The translations under genes were made by a program, and so were the position numbers. The notes below the pieces were generated by a model. The model ran no database searches. It was not told the DNA's origin and saw only the letters and a list, made by a program, of their open reading frames with translations. A stretch of 37,334 bases of DNA from positions 1 through 37,334 of the forward strand of contig JBBILZ010000022.1 in NCBI GenBank assembly GCA_037444665.1. Reading direction: 5' to 3'. This stretch comes from a candidate division WOR-3 bacterium (GTDB lineage Bacteria > Hydrothermota > Tepidihabitantia > SM23-42 > JAOAFX01). Below, piece after piece: positions 9,839 to 18,654 of this stretch (the stretch's first letter is position 1; every line of letters begins with the position of its first letter).

Positions 9839-12235
9839 ATGAGATATGAAAAATTTACTCAAAAGGCACAGGAAGCCATTGCATTAGCACAGGAGATTCT
9901 TGATGAGTACAATCATCAGGAATTAGATGTAGAACATATATTTCTTGCATTACTGAGACAGGAAGATGGTCTGGTTCCCAAGATTTTGAAAAAGATGGAT
10001 ATTATGCCCGAAGTACTTCAGCGCCAACTTGAATCTTCCCTTGAATTGAAACCCAAAGTATATGGCGGTGCGAGTGCTCAGATTTATATAACACCCCGCG
10101 CAAAACGATTATTTTCCCTTGCTCAGGCTGAGGCACAGCGGATGAAGGATGAATATGTGGGCACTGAGCATCTTTTTTTAGCAATCGCAGAAGAACCCGA
10201 AGGTGAGACAGTAAAGATTTTACGAAATTTTGGTATCACAAAGGAGCGTATTTATCAGGCACTGCAGATAATCAGAGGTGCACAGCGGGTAACAGACCAG
10301 GATGCAGAGAGTAAGTATATGGCACTGGAGCGATATGCACGGGATATTACTGCCCTGGCAAAACAGGGTAAACTTGACCCGGTAATTGGTCGGGAGCAGG
10401 AGATAAAGAGGGTGATTCAGGTGCTGTCAAGAAGGACAAAGAATAATCCGGTCTTGATCGGTGATGCAGGTGTTGGTAAGACTGCAATTGTTGAGGGTCT
10501 TGCTCAGCGTATAGTAGGTAAGGATGTTCCTGAGATACTTAAAGACAAAAGGATTCTGGCACTTGATATGGGCGCACTCGTTGCCGGCTCAAAATTTCGT
10601 GGTGAATTTGAAGAGAGGCTCAAGGCAGTTATGGATGAAATTAGAAAGGGGAAAGGTGAGATTATTTTATTTATTGATGAACTACACACAATTGTCGGCG
10701 CTGGCGCTGCAGAAGGTGCGATTGATGCCTCAAATATGTTAAAACCGGCACTCGCACGCGGAGAATTACAATGTATTGGTGCTACAACCCTTGATGAATA
10801 TAGAAAGCATATTGAAAAAGATGCAGCACTTGAACGGAGATTTGCTCCAGTCTATGTAGGTGAGCCGTCAATTGAAGACACAATAAAGATTTTGCAGGGT
10901 CTAAAGAGCCGCTATGAGTCACACCATGGGGTGACGATTACTGATTCCGCAATTGAAGCGGCAGTAAAACTTTCAGACCGTTATCTCACTGAAAGATTCC
11001 TTCCAGATAAGGCAATTGATCTGATTGATGAGGCGTGTGCCCGTGCCCGTATTGAGATATATTCTATGCCTGATGAGCTCAAGCAGATGGAAAATAGACT
11101 CGAGCAATTGAACGAAGAGGGTAGAAAAGCAGTTGAGATGCGAAATTATGAACAGGCCGCAAAATTGCGTGATGAAACTGAAATATTACAAAAAGAATAT
11201 CGCAGGAAAAAGAACGAATGGATGAAACAGCGCGGTATTGATGACCGGGTCACTGAAGATGATATTGCTCAGATAATATCCACCTGGACCGGTATTCCAG
11301 TATCCCGGATGTTAGAATCAGAAATGAGTAAGTTGCTGAAGATGGAACAGAGAATCCATGAACGTCTTGTTGACCAGGAGGATGCTGTGGTTGCTGTGAG
11401 TGATGCAATCAGACGCTCACGGGCAGGACTAAAAGACCCAAGGCGTCCTATTGGGTCGTTCATCTTTCTTGGACCGACCGGTGTGGGTAAGACCGAACTT
11501 GCAAAGTCCCTTGCTGAATTTTTATTTGATACTGAGGATGCAATGGTGCGGATTGATATGACAGAATATCAGGAAAAACATACTGTATCCAGATTGATTG
11601 GTGCACCCCCAGGATATGTTGGATATGAAGAAGGCGGGCAGTTAACCGAGGCGGTCAGACGAAGGCCATATCGGGTAATATTATTTGATGAATTTGAAAA
11701 GGCACATCCTGATGTTTTTAATATTTTACTCCAATTGCTTGATGATGGTAGATTGACTGATGGTCAGGGTAGAACAGTAGATTTTAAAAACACAATAGTG
11801 ATTATGACTTCAAATTTAGGTAGCGAGATTATTATTGAGAATTTAAAGAAAGATAAGTTTGATTATGAACAGACGAGGAAAGATGTGTATAGAATTCTTG
11901 AGCGAAATGTAAAACCTGAGTTTTTAAACCGTATTGATGAAGTTATTGTATTCAAACCGCTTGGTTTTGAGGAAATCAAGGGTATTGTTGAGCGCGAATT
12001 GAAAAAAGTAGCAAAGAATGTTCAGGATTTTGGATATAAGATTGAATTTAGTGAAGAGGTAAGAGAATTTCTTGCCCATGAAGGTTTTGATCCGGTCTAT
12101 GGTGCAAGACCTTTGCGTCGGGCAATTCAGCGTCTCATTGAAAACCCTCTTTCTAAAATGATTATTGCAGGTAATTTTAAGAAGAACGCAACTATCTGGG
12201 TGGAAATGGAGAAGGGAGAGGTTATATTTAAATAA
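9839..12235 (+). CDS. clpC: ATP-dependent Clp ATPase, ClpC type
   Basis: Clp-N domain, two AAA+ modules ([16 protein letters not shown]), short UVR-like middle domain ([10 protein letters not shown]); 798 aa, shorter than typical ClpB. Confidence 0.85.
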   Translation: MRYEKFTQKAQEAIALAQEILDEYNHQELDVEHIFLALLRQEDGLVPKILKKMDIMPEVLQRQLESSLELKPKVYGGASAQIYITPRAKRLFSLAQAEAQRMKDEYVGTEHLFLAIAEEPEGETVKILRNFGITKERIYQALQIIRGAQRVTDQDAESKYMALERYARDITALAKQGKLDPVIGREQEIKRVIQVLSRRTKNNPVLIGDAGVGKTAIVEGLAQRIVGKDVPEILKDKRILALDMGALVAGSKFRGEFEERLKAVMDEIRKGKGEIILFIDELHTIVGAGAAEGAIDASNMLKPALARGELQCIGATTLDEYRKHIEKDAALERRFAPVYVGEPSIEDTIKILQGLKSRYESHHGVTITDSAIEAAVKLSDRYLTERFLPDKAIDLIDEACARARIEIYSMPDELKQMENRLEQLNEEGRKAVEMRNYEQAAKLRDETEILQKEYRRKKNEWMKQRGIDDRVTEDDIAQIISTWTGIPVSRMLESEMSKLLKMEQRIHERLVDQEDAVVAVSDAIRRSRAGLKDPRRPIGSFIFLGPTGVGKTELAKSLAEFLFDTEDAMVRIDMTEYQEKHTVSRLIGAPPGYVGYEEGGQLTEAVRRRPYRVILFDEFEKAHPDVFNILLQLLDDGRLTDGQGRTVDFKNTIVIMTSNLGSEIIIENLKKDKFDYEQTRKDVYRILERNVKPEFLNRIDEVIVFKPLGFEEIKGIVERELKKVAKNVQDFGYKIEFSEEVREFLAHEGFDPVYGARPLRRAIQRLIENPLSKMIIAGNFKKNATIWVEMEKGEVIFK

Positions 12236-12236
12236 C

Positions 12237-12348
12237 AGAGCGGGAGACGGGATTTGTCCCGTTCCGCTCCTGTCGGGAGCGGAACGAGGATCCCGTTTCC
12301 TTATTTAATTCTGATATATCACAATGAAAGAAACGGGAAACCCGCGAC
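12237..12348 (-). repeat. Interrupted direct repeat of the tRNA-Gly 3' end
   Basis: 12237-12256 is identical to 12605-12624, and 12339-12348 is identical to 12625-12634; the two blocks are separated by an 82-bp insert in the T-loop. Confidence 0.9.
12257..12338. mobile_element. Two tandem short palindromic insertions (34 bp and 48 bp)
   Basis: TCCCGTTCCGCTCC-tgtcg-GGAGCGGAACGAGGA (12257-12290) and TCCCGTTTC...GAAACGGGA (12291-12338). Confidence 0.6.
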
Positions 12349-12354
12349 TTACCA

Positions 12355-12597
12355 TTAATTTATAATTTTTTCTATAAACTTACGTTTTTTTCGTTTTTTT
12401 ATTTCTTTTTCTCGTTGCATTGCTTCTTTTCGTGTTGGGAACTCTTCAATATGGATTAACTCCCATGGGACTTTGCTTTTAGTTGATTTACATTTTTTGC
12501 TATTATGATTTGCAAATCGTTTGATAATATCTTTGGTTTGTCCTATATAAAAGCTATTATCCTTCAAACTTTTAAGAATATAAACATAGAAAGGCAT
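12355..12597 (-). CDS. Stand-alone GIY-YIG nuclease (UPF0213/YhbQ-like)
   Basis: FYVYIL..FYIGQT..R..HN...REKEIK pattern; 80 aa. Confidence 0.9.
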   Translation of the reverse strand: MPFYVYILKSLKDNSFYIGQTKDIIKRFANHNSKKCKSTKSKVPWELIHIEEFPTRKEAMQREKEIKKRKKRKFIEKIIN

Positions 12598-12606
12598 AAA
12601 TAAAAG

Positions 12607-12678
12607 AGCGGGAGACGGGATTTGAACCCGCGACCCTCACCTTGGCAAGGTGATGCTCCACCACTGAGCTACTCCCGC
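12607..12678 (-). tRNA. tRNA-Gly(GCC), CCA not encoded
   Basis: GCGGGAGTAGCTCAGTGGTGGAGCATCACCTTGCCAAGGTGAGGGTCGCGGGTTCAAATCCCGTCTCCCGCT folds as a cloverleaf with anticodon GCC. Confidence 0.97.
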
Positions 12679-12707
12679 AAAGAATGAAGTAACAAATTGT
12701 TTAGTTT

Positions 12708-12735
12708 ATTATATCCAGAAAATCAAAAAAGTCAA
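12708..12735 (-). promoter_or_regulatory. tRNA promoter TTGACT-N16-TATAAT; -35 box overlaps the pdxB stop codon
   Basis: Near-consensus hexamers about 30 nt upstream of the tRNA. Confidence 0.75.
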
Positions 12736-13892
12736 GGTTCCACTTTGAACCCGAGTGTGGTTAAAATATCTGCTGCTTTTTTATAATCAATAGATATTTT
12801 CTTCCCCAACTTTACACAATAATTGGAGAATTCTCTTCGCACTGGATAATTGTCTCTAAGCTTTCTGAAATATTCTGGTTGTTTTTTGCTTTCAAATTTT
12901 AACATCTTTTTTAATTCTTTTGAATCTGCTAATGGATTGTATGCCTTAAGTACAGTCTGATAGATAATATCCTGCACCTTGTCGTAATTTGTGTCCAGCA
13001 TTATTTCTTTATTTAAATCTAATTTGGGATTTTGTTCTTCTATACTCAATTCTTTACCGAGACACTTGCATAATTTTTTGTATACCATTGTCGTTGCATT
13101 AAATTTTCCATCAAGGGAATAACCAGCAATGTGCGGCGTTGCAATATCGGCAATTTCAAGCAAATGTGTATTGATATATGGTTCATTATCCCAGACATCC
13201 AGCACCAAGCCCCCAAGTTTATAAGCATATTTTAAAAGGATATTTTCATCAATCACTGCCCCGCGGGAAGTATTTATAAAAATTGTATTCTTTTTTATTT
13301 TTCTCATAAATTTTTCATTTATCATACGGTAAGTTTTGTATTTACCAGTAAATGTAAGTGGCACATGGATGGTGATAATATCAGCATCAGATATTTTCTT
13401 GAATGATAATAGTTCCTTGTTTTTGGTTCTGTTGAATTTAGGTGGGTCATTCAGCAAAACATTCATTCCCAGTGCTTGGCACATCTGCGCAACCTTTGTT
13501 CCTACATTGCCTGCACCAATGATGCCGATAATCTTTCTGTCCAGAGAAAAACTTTTCTTCCTTGCTAAAATTAAAAGGCAGGCAATAACATATTCTGCAA
13601 CTGAGCGGGCATTGGAGCCCGGTGCATATATTAATTTTATGTTATTCTTTCTTAGATATGTCCTATCAATGTGGTCTATTCCACTTGTCATTGAGCCGAC
13701 AATTTTAATACGGGTATTCTCCAATAATTCTTTATTAACTTTTGTCACACTGCGCACAAGCAGAATATCAAAATTTTTGATTTTTTTACTATTTATTCCA
13801 GAAGCAGGAATAGTGCTAAGTATGCCCATATCTTGAAAGTATTCTTTTAAAAATGGAATTTTTTCATCGGCAATGATTTTTATTCTGGGCAT
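12732..13892 (-). CDS. pdxB: 4-phosphoerythronate dehydrogenase
   Basis: ADEKIP, LLVRSVTKVN, GIDHID, NARSVAEY, GAGNVG, TPHIAGYS, FRKLRDNYPVRREF; start moved to ATG 13892 because the promoter lies inside the longer ORF. Confidence 0.88.
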   Translation of the reverse strand: MPRIKIIADEKIPFLKEYFQDMGILSTIPASGINSKKIKNFDILLVRSVTKVNKELLENTRIKIVGSMTSGIDHIDRTYLRKNNIKLIYAPGSNARSVAEYVIACLLILARKKSFSLDRKIIGIIGAGNVGTKVAQMCQALGMNVLLNDPPKFNRTKNKELLSFKKISDADIITIHVPLTFTGKYKTYRMINEKFMRKIKKNTIFINTSRGAVIDENILLKYAYKLGGLVLDVWDNEPYINTHLLEIADIATPHIAGYSLDGKFNATTMVYKKLCKCLGKELSIEEQNPKLDLNKEIMLDTNYDKVQDIIYQTVLKAYNPLADSKELKKMLKFESKKQPEYFRKLRDNYPVRREFSNYCVKLGKKISIDYKKAADILTTLGFKVEP

Positions 13893-13898
13893 TGAATT

Positions 13899-13926
13899 AT
13901 TATATGCAAAAAATATCAAACTTCAA
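13899..13926 (-). promoter_or_regulatory. Promoter TTGAAG-N16-TATAAT, probably leaderless (pdxB)
   Basis: 6 nt before the ATG at 13892. Confidence 0.6.
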
Positions 13927-13962
13927 GGAATAATATCTCTATTGCACAATTTGTGATTAATG

Positions 13963-13990
13963 TTGACTTGAGAATTTTTTTGGGTATAAT
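13963..13990 (+). promoter_or_regulatory. Promoter TTGACT-N16-TATAAT, probably leaderless (hom)
   Basis: 6 nt before the ATG at 13997; no SD. Confidence 0.75.
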
Positions 13991-13996
13991 CCGACA

Positions 13997-15040
13997 ATGC
14001 CCCTTAAAACCATAAAATATAATGTTGGCCTTTTAGGTTTTGGAAAGGTTATGAGGGCTTTTGTGAAACACTACCTTGAGCAAAAAAAAGAGATTGCTAA
14101 CAGATATGGTTTTATATTAGATTTTAGTGCAATTGTTGATTCCCAAAGTTTTATCAAAGGTAAAAATATTAACCTAAATGAAATGATTTTGCGAAAATCT
14201 AAGAACAGACCCCTTGGTCAGGTATTAAAAGAGCCATTGAAAAAATTCTCTTCAGTATTAGCATCTCGAAAAATTGATATTCTGATTGATGCTTTGCCCG
14301 GTTCGCGAATTGATGCTGGTTATAGTTATCCATTGCTGTTAGAGGCATTAAATAATCGTATCCACTTAATCTGCGCAAATAAGTCACCGCTGGTATTCAA
14401 GGGTGAAGAGCTTTTCACTTTAATGAAAAAGAAAAAGATGTATATTGGATTGAGTGCAACTACTGCTGGAGCACTGCCTACAAGTGGAATAATCAGTAAT
14501 GAATTATCTGGCGCTGGAGTATACAATGTTCGTGGAATTTTAAACGGCACGAGCAATTTTGTTCTTGATAAGATTATGTTTGAATCAAAGACAAAACTGC
14601 AGGCGATAAACGAGGCTATTAAACTTGGTATTGCTGAACCGGATTATCGTTTTGACCTTGAAGGAATTGATACATGCTACAAAATGGTTATACTTGGTCT
14701 TGTTTTAACCGGAAAGTGTGTAGATTTGAGAACAGTTACCTGTCGTGGTATAATGGATATTGAAGAAAATGAGATAAGAGAAAAGGTCTGTTCAGGTAAA
14801 GTAGTGCGGCTGATTGGAAACTTGTCAATCAGTGGTGAACTTCCCAAAATTTCAGTTTCACCTGAGACGCTTGATAAAGATGACCCTCTATATGCGGTTT
14901 ATGGGACAAATAAAGGTGTAACATTCATTACAAAATTTATGGGTTCATTGACCATAATTGGTGGAGCATCTGGTTTGACATCAATTGCTGCAACAATTCT
15001 GAAAGATATAATCAATCTCCATAGAAAAATCAATGAATAA
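13997..15040 (+). CDS. hom: Homoserine dehydrogenase (short form, no ACT domain)
   Basis: GFGKV, ANKSPL, GILNGTSN, LGIAEPD..DLEGID motifs. Confidence 0.85.
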   Translation: MPLKTIKYNVGLLGFGKVMRAFVKHYLEQKKEIANRYGFILDFSAIVDSQSFIKGKNINLNEMILRKSKNRPLGQVLKEPLKKFSSVLASRKIDILIDALPGSRIDAGYSYPLLLEALNNRIHLICANKSPLVFKGEELFTLMKKKKMYIGLSATTAGALPTSGIISNELSGAGVYNVRGILNGTSNFVLDKIMFESKTKLQAINEAIKLGIAEPDYRFDLEGIDTCYKMVILGLVLTGKCVDLRTVTCRGIMDIEENEIREKVCSGKVVRLIGNLSISGELPKISVSPETLDKDDPLYAVYGTNKGVTFITKFMGSLTIIGGASGLTSIAATILKDIINLHRKINE

Positions 15041-15680
15041 TATAAAAATTCTTGCCCTTTCTGATATCCATGGTCGCACAAATTATGACCGCAGAACCGT
15101 TAATGCCCTGAGTGATGCAGATTTAATAATCATTGCTGGTGATATTACTGATTTTGGTGGTAGGGATGATGCGAGTTTTGTAATCAATGAGATAAGGGCA
15201 ATCAATCAAAATGTTTTTGCTGTTCCCGGCAATTGTGACCGTCCTGAAGTCGTTGATTTTCTAAAGTCTGAAGGAATTAGCCTTCATGGTAAAACAAAAG
15301 AGTTCAAAGGGATTCTATTTTTTGGTATGGGAGGGAGTGGAATTACACCTTTTAATACACCGCAGGAGTATACCGATGATGAGTTTGAAAGAATTTTAAA
15401 CCAATATGAAAAAAACAAAGGCCTCAATATTCTGGTATCGCACGCGCCACCATTAAAAACAAAAGTAGACAAAACATTTATGGGTATGCATGTAGGAAGT
15501 AAAAAGGTGCGCGAATTTATTGAAAATCATCAACCGCATATCTGTATTTGCGGACATATTCATGAAGCACGCAATATTGACCAGATTGGTAAAACCTTAA
15601 TTGTTAATCCAGGAACATTTCCTAAATATTATGCGGTAATTGAAATTAATGAGCAGATTCAGATAAATCTGGTCGGTTGA
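15033..15680 (+). CDS. Metallophosphoesterase (calcineurin-like)
   Basis: SDIHG, GD, GNCD, SHAPP, GHIHE and NPG motifs. Confidence 0.9.
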   Translation: MNNIKILALSDIHGRTNYDRRTVNALSDADLIIIAGDITDFGGRDDASFVINEIRAINQNVFAVPGNCDRPEVVDFLKSEGISLHGKTKEFKGILFFGMGGSGITPFNTPQEYTDDEFERILNQYEKNKGLNILVSHAPPLKTKVDKTFMGMHVGSKKVREFIENHQPHICICGHIHEARNIDQIGKTLIVNPGTFPKYYAVIEINEQIQINLVG

Positions 15681-15684
15681 ATTT

Positions 15685-16797
15685 TTATATCTCCTGTGCC
15701 ATTGCCGAACCGATTTCTGTTAATAATCTGGATGCATATATTTTTGCAACTTTTATATTGTCTGTTTTTTCAATAAGAGAATAAATTTTTCTGATTCCAT
15801 ATTTTTTATAATCTAAGTCCTGTGAATAACTACCGCAGATCAGGATTATTTTTTTCCTGTATTCTTTGCATAATGCGATAATTTTGCCCGTTGCCTTTCC
15901 GCAAAATGTTGTTTTATCTATTCTTCCTTCACCAGTGACCACAAGGTCTGCATCAGCGATTGCAGATTTCAAATTGGTAAGACGGGAAAGAAATTGGAAT
16001 CCTGAAACAATTTTTGCATTCATTATCGCATACATACCACCTGCAATCCCACCAGCAGCACCAGCACCTTTTATTTTATCAAGGTCTATTTTGTATTGAC
16101 GAAGAATTACCCTTCTGAAATTTTTTAAGGCGCGGTCAATAATAAAGATATCTTTTTTTGTAGCACCCTTTTGTGGAGCATAAACAATGGCGCCTTTACT
16201 ACCGGTAAGTGGATTTGACACATCGGTTAGCACAATAAATTGAATGTTTTTAAAATGCTCCTTTGCGGAATTATTTATTGAGTATAAATCTAACAAACCT
16301 GAGCAATTTAGCGACACTGGTCTCTGATATTTATCAAGAAATTTTATACCGAGGGCAGACATCGCACCAATTCCGCAATCAATTGTCGCACTATCACCTA
16401 CCCCGATGATTATTCTTTTACAACCTTTTTTTATGCTATTTTTTATCAATTCTCCAACACCTTGTGTTGTGGTCTTTAATGGATTGAGCAAATCTTCTTT
16501 CAATAGGTGAAGCCCCGAGATTCGGGCAAGTTCAATAATTGCCAGTTTTTCCTCGTAGACTATGCCATACTCTGTTTTTATTTTTTTACCGAGAGGATTT
16601 GTGGCTCTGGTTGAGATAATCCTACCCTTTAGTATATCGTTGATTATTTCTAAAGTTCCTGTTCCTCCATCAGCAAATGGCATCTCTGTGATTTGGAAAT
16701 TCGGTCTTATTTTCTTGATTCCGCGGGCAATGTTCTGACTAACAGCCTTAGCGCTGATTGAACCCTTAAAACTATTGGGGATAATAAGAACTTTCAA
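15685..16797 (-). CDS. Glycerate kinase, GlxK/GarK family
   Basis: PNSFKGS, ADGGTGT, SATIDCG, APQKGA, GAGAAGG, TGEGRID; TTG start overlaps the upstream stop. Confidence 0.9.
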   Translation of the reverse strand: MKVLIIPNSFKGSISAKAVSQNIARGIKKIRPNFQITEMPFADGGTGTLEIINDILKGRIISTRATNPLGKKIKTEYGIVYEEKLAIIELARISGLHLLKEDLLNPLKTTTQGVGELIKNSIKKGCKRIIIGVGDSATIDCGIGAMSALGIKFLDKYQRPVSLNCSGLLDLYSINNSAKEHFKNIQFIVLTDVSNPLTGSKGAIVYAPQKGATKKDIFIIDRALKNFRRVILRQYKIDLDKIKGAGAAGGIAGGMYAIMNAKIVSGFQFLSRLTNLKSAIADADLVVTGEGRIDKTTFCGKATGKIIALCKEYRKKIILICGSYSQDLDYKKYGIRKIYSLIEKTDNIKVAKIYASRLLTEIGSAMAQEI

Positions 16798-17786
16798 TCT
16801 ATTATTTTTAACACTTCAGGATTTATTAGATTGGGTGGTATTCTGTTTTTAATCAATGCGGTAATTACATTCTCTGCTGCCATTAGTCCCATCTTTGTTC
16901 TTGTTTCAAGGGTCGCAGAGCCGATATGCGGGAGTAGTAAGACATTTTTCATTTTCAGAAGTTCTGCTGGAACTTTGGGTTCATTTTCAAATACATCAAG
17001 CGCACAGCCCATTATCTTTTTTGTTTTGAGTGCCTTTATCAATGCCTTTTCGTTTATTATTGGACCGCGCGCAGTATTTATAATAAATGCACCATTTTTC
17101 ATTAATGCAATCTCTTTTTCAGAAATAAGATGATAGGTTCTGGAGGTAAGTGGTGTGTGGATAGATATAAAGTCAGCAATTCTGAGGATGTATTTTAATG
17201 GTCTGTAAAGAATATTCAAATCCAGTTCTTCTTTTCGGGATAATTTTACTTTATCATAGTAGTATACTCTCATCCCAAAACCCTGGGCACGGCGGGCAAC
17301 TGCTTTTCCAATTCTGCCCAGCCCGATTATACCAAGGATTTTATGATGCACATCAGTTCCTAAAAAGAGCATAGGAGACCAGCCATTAAACTTTCTGTTC
17401 CTTAAAAATATTTCTGCTTCAGGAATGTGCCGGGCAAGTGCGAGAATCATACCAAAAGTTAAATCCGCTGTAGTTTCAGTCAGCACATCAGGAGTATTTG
17501 TCACCATAATGCCATAATTTGTTGCACATTCAATATCAATATTATTGTATCCTGCGGCATAGTTTGCAATTATCTTTAAATTTTGAGCATTTTCAATAAT
17601 TTCTCTATCAATCGTATCAGTCAGCAATGGAATTAGCGCTACTTTATCTTTTATTCTCTTTATTATTTCTTTTTTTTCTATCGGTCGATTCTTGGTAAAT
17701 ATTGTTACATCAAAATATTTGCTTAACAATTTAATTGCGGGTTCAGGGATCTTTCGGGTTATTAAAATTTTTTGTTTCTTTGTCAT
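16794..17786 (-). CDS. D-glycerate dehydrogenase / glyoxylate reductase (D-2-hydroxyacid dehydrogenase)
   Basis: NTPDVLTETTAD, GLGRIG, INTARG, DVFENEP, PHIGSAT. Confidence 0.9.
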   Translation of the reverse strand: MTKKQKILITRKIPEPAIKLLSKYFDVTIFTKNRPIEKKEIIKRIKDKVALIPLLTDTIDREIIENAQNLKIIANYAAGYNNIDIECATNYGIMVTNTPDVLTETTADLTFGMILALARHIPEAEIFLRNRKFNGWSPMLFLGTDVHHKILGIIGLGRIGKAVARRAQGFGMRVYYYDKVKLSRKEELDLNILYRPLKYILRIADFISIHTPLTSRTYHLISEKEIALMKNGAFIINTARGPIINEKALIKALKTKKIMGCALDVFENEPKVPAELLKMKNVLLLPHIGSATLETRTKMGLMAAENVITALIKNRIPPNLINPEVLKIID

Positions 17787-17791
17787 ATAAA

Positions 17792-17819
17792 ATTAAATAT
17801 AATTCTGCCAAAAAATCAA
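17792..17819 (-). promoter_or_regulatory. Promoter TTGATT-N16-TTTAAT, probably leaderless
   Basis: 5 nt before the ATG at 17786; both boxes have mismatches. Confidence 0.5.
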
Positions 17820-17912
17820 GAGATGTGTTTTGTATTTAGTATGTAGTGTAAGATCCCAAATCTTTTGATCCGCAAAAATCCCGCATTCTTAATCTATAGA
17901 ACTGTATAAAAA

Positions 17913-18629
17913 TTACCGAAGTTTCCTTGCAACCACCATTAGAGACATCCCTATCGGGGGATGGAAATAACTTTCTAATTTTGCACAGAGCGGCACAAAT
18001 TTATCAAATAAAATGGTTTGCCAACAAGGAATTTCTTTTTTCTGTCTTATTTTCCCATTTAAAAACCAACCTAAGATGCCAATAAAATTACTATAAAATA
18101 TTGTTTCAATTTTAAATCCGACTTCTGTGAGTATTTTTATTAACTGTTGCTTATTATATCTACGATAATGTGACAAATTTGTATCAAGTGAACCAAATAA
18201 AAATTGAAGAGCGGGAACATAAATTAGTAACCTCCCTTCTGGACATAAAATTTGGAACATATTATATAATCCTTTTTTATCATTTTCAATGTGCTCAAGA
18301 ACATTTACACAAACTATTGTATCAAATTTATGCATTTGCAAAGTCGATACATGTTCATCTGTTATATCATAATTATGAAATTTTATGTGAGGAAAATCAA
18401 TTTTCATATGCGCTAAATAAAATTCAGAAATGTCTAAACAGTGGAGGTCGCCGAAATTTTGCAGATAGAAAGTTAAATTGCCTATTCCACAACCTATTTC
18501 CAGAATTTTTTGGCCTATATATGGACTTAGTAAATTGATAATCCATTTATTATAATTATGTGTCAAAGAGAAAGTCTTGAGTGTTTCGTGCGCAATATCA
18601 GTAATCTGTTTTTGACATGGTTGTTTCAT
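17913..18629 (-). CDS. Class I SAM-dependent methyltransferase
   Basis: LEIGCGIG, NVLEHI, HYRRY motifs; SD GGAG upstream. Confidence 0.88.
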   Translation of the reverse strand: MKQPCQKQITDIAHETLKTFSLTHNYNKWIINLLSPYIGQKILEIGCGIGNLTFYLQNFGDLHCLDISEFYLAHMKIDFPHIKFHNYDITDEHVSTLQMHKFDTIVCVNVLEHIENDKKGLYNMFQILCPEGRLLIYVPALQFLFGSLDTNLSHYRRYNKQQLIKILTEVGFKIETIFYSNFIGILGWFLNGKIRQKKEIPCWQTILFDKFVPLCAKLESYFHPPIGMSLMVVARKLR

Positions 18630-18654
18630 TGTACCACATACTCCACTATATGTT

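Noticed and set aside
9839..12235. Calling this gene clpB
   Set aside because: It lacks the long ClpB middle coiled coil and has a UVR-like motif and ClpC-like length.
12237..12678. Large genomic island or prophage at tRNA-Gly, or a second or intron-containing tRNA
   Set aside because: The repeats enclose only the GIY-YIG gene, there is no integrase, and the copy lacks the D-arm and anticodon arm.
13893..13919. Upstream start for pdxB given in the ORF track
   Set aside because: It overlaps the predicted promoter, and family similarity begins at MPRIKIIADE.
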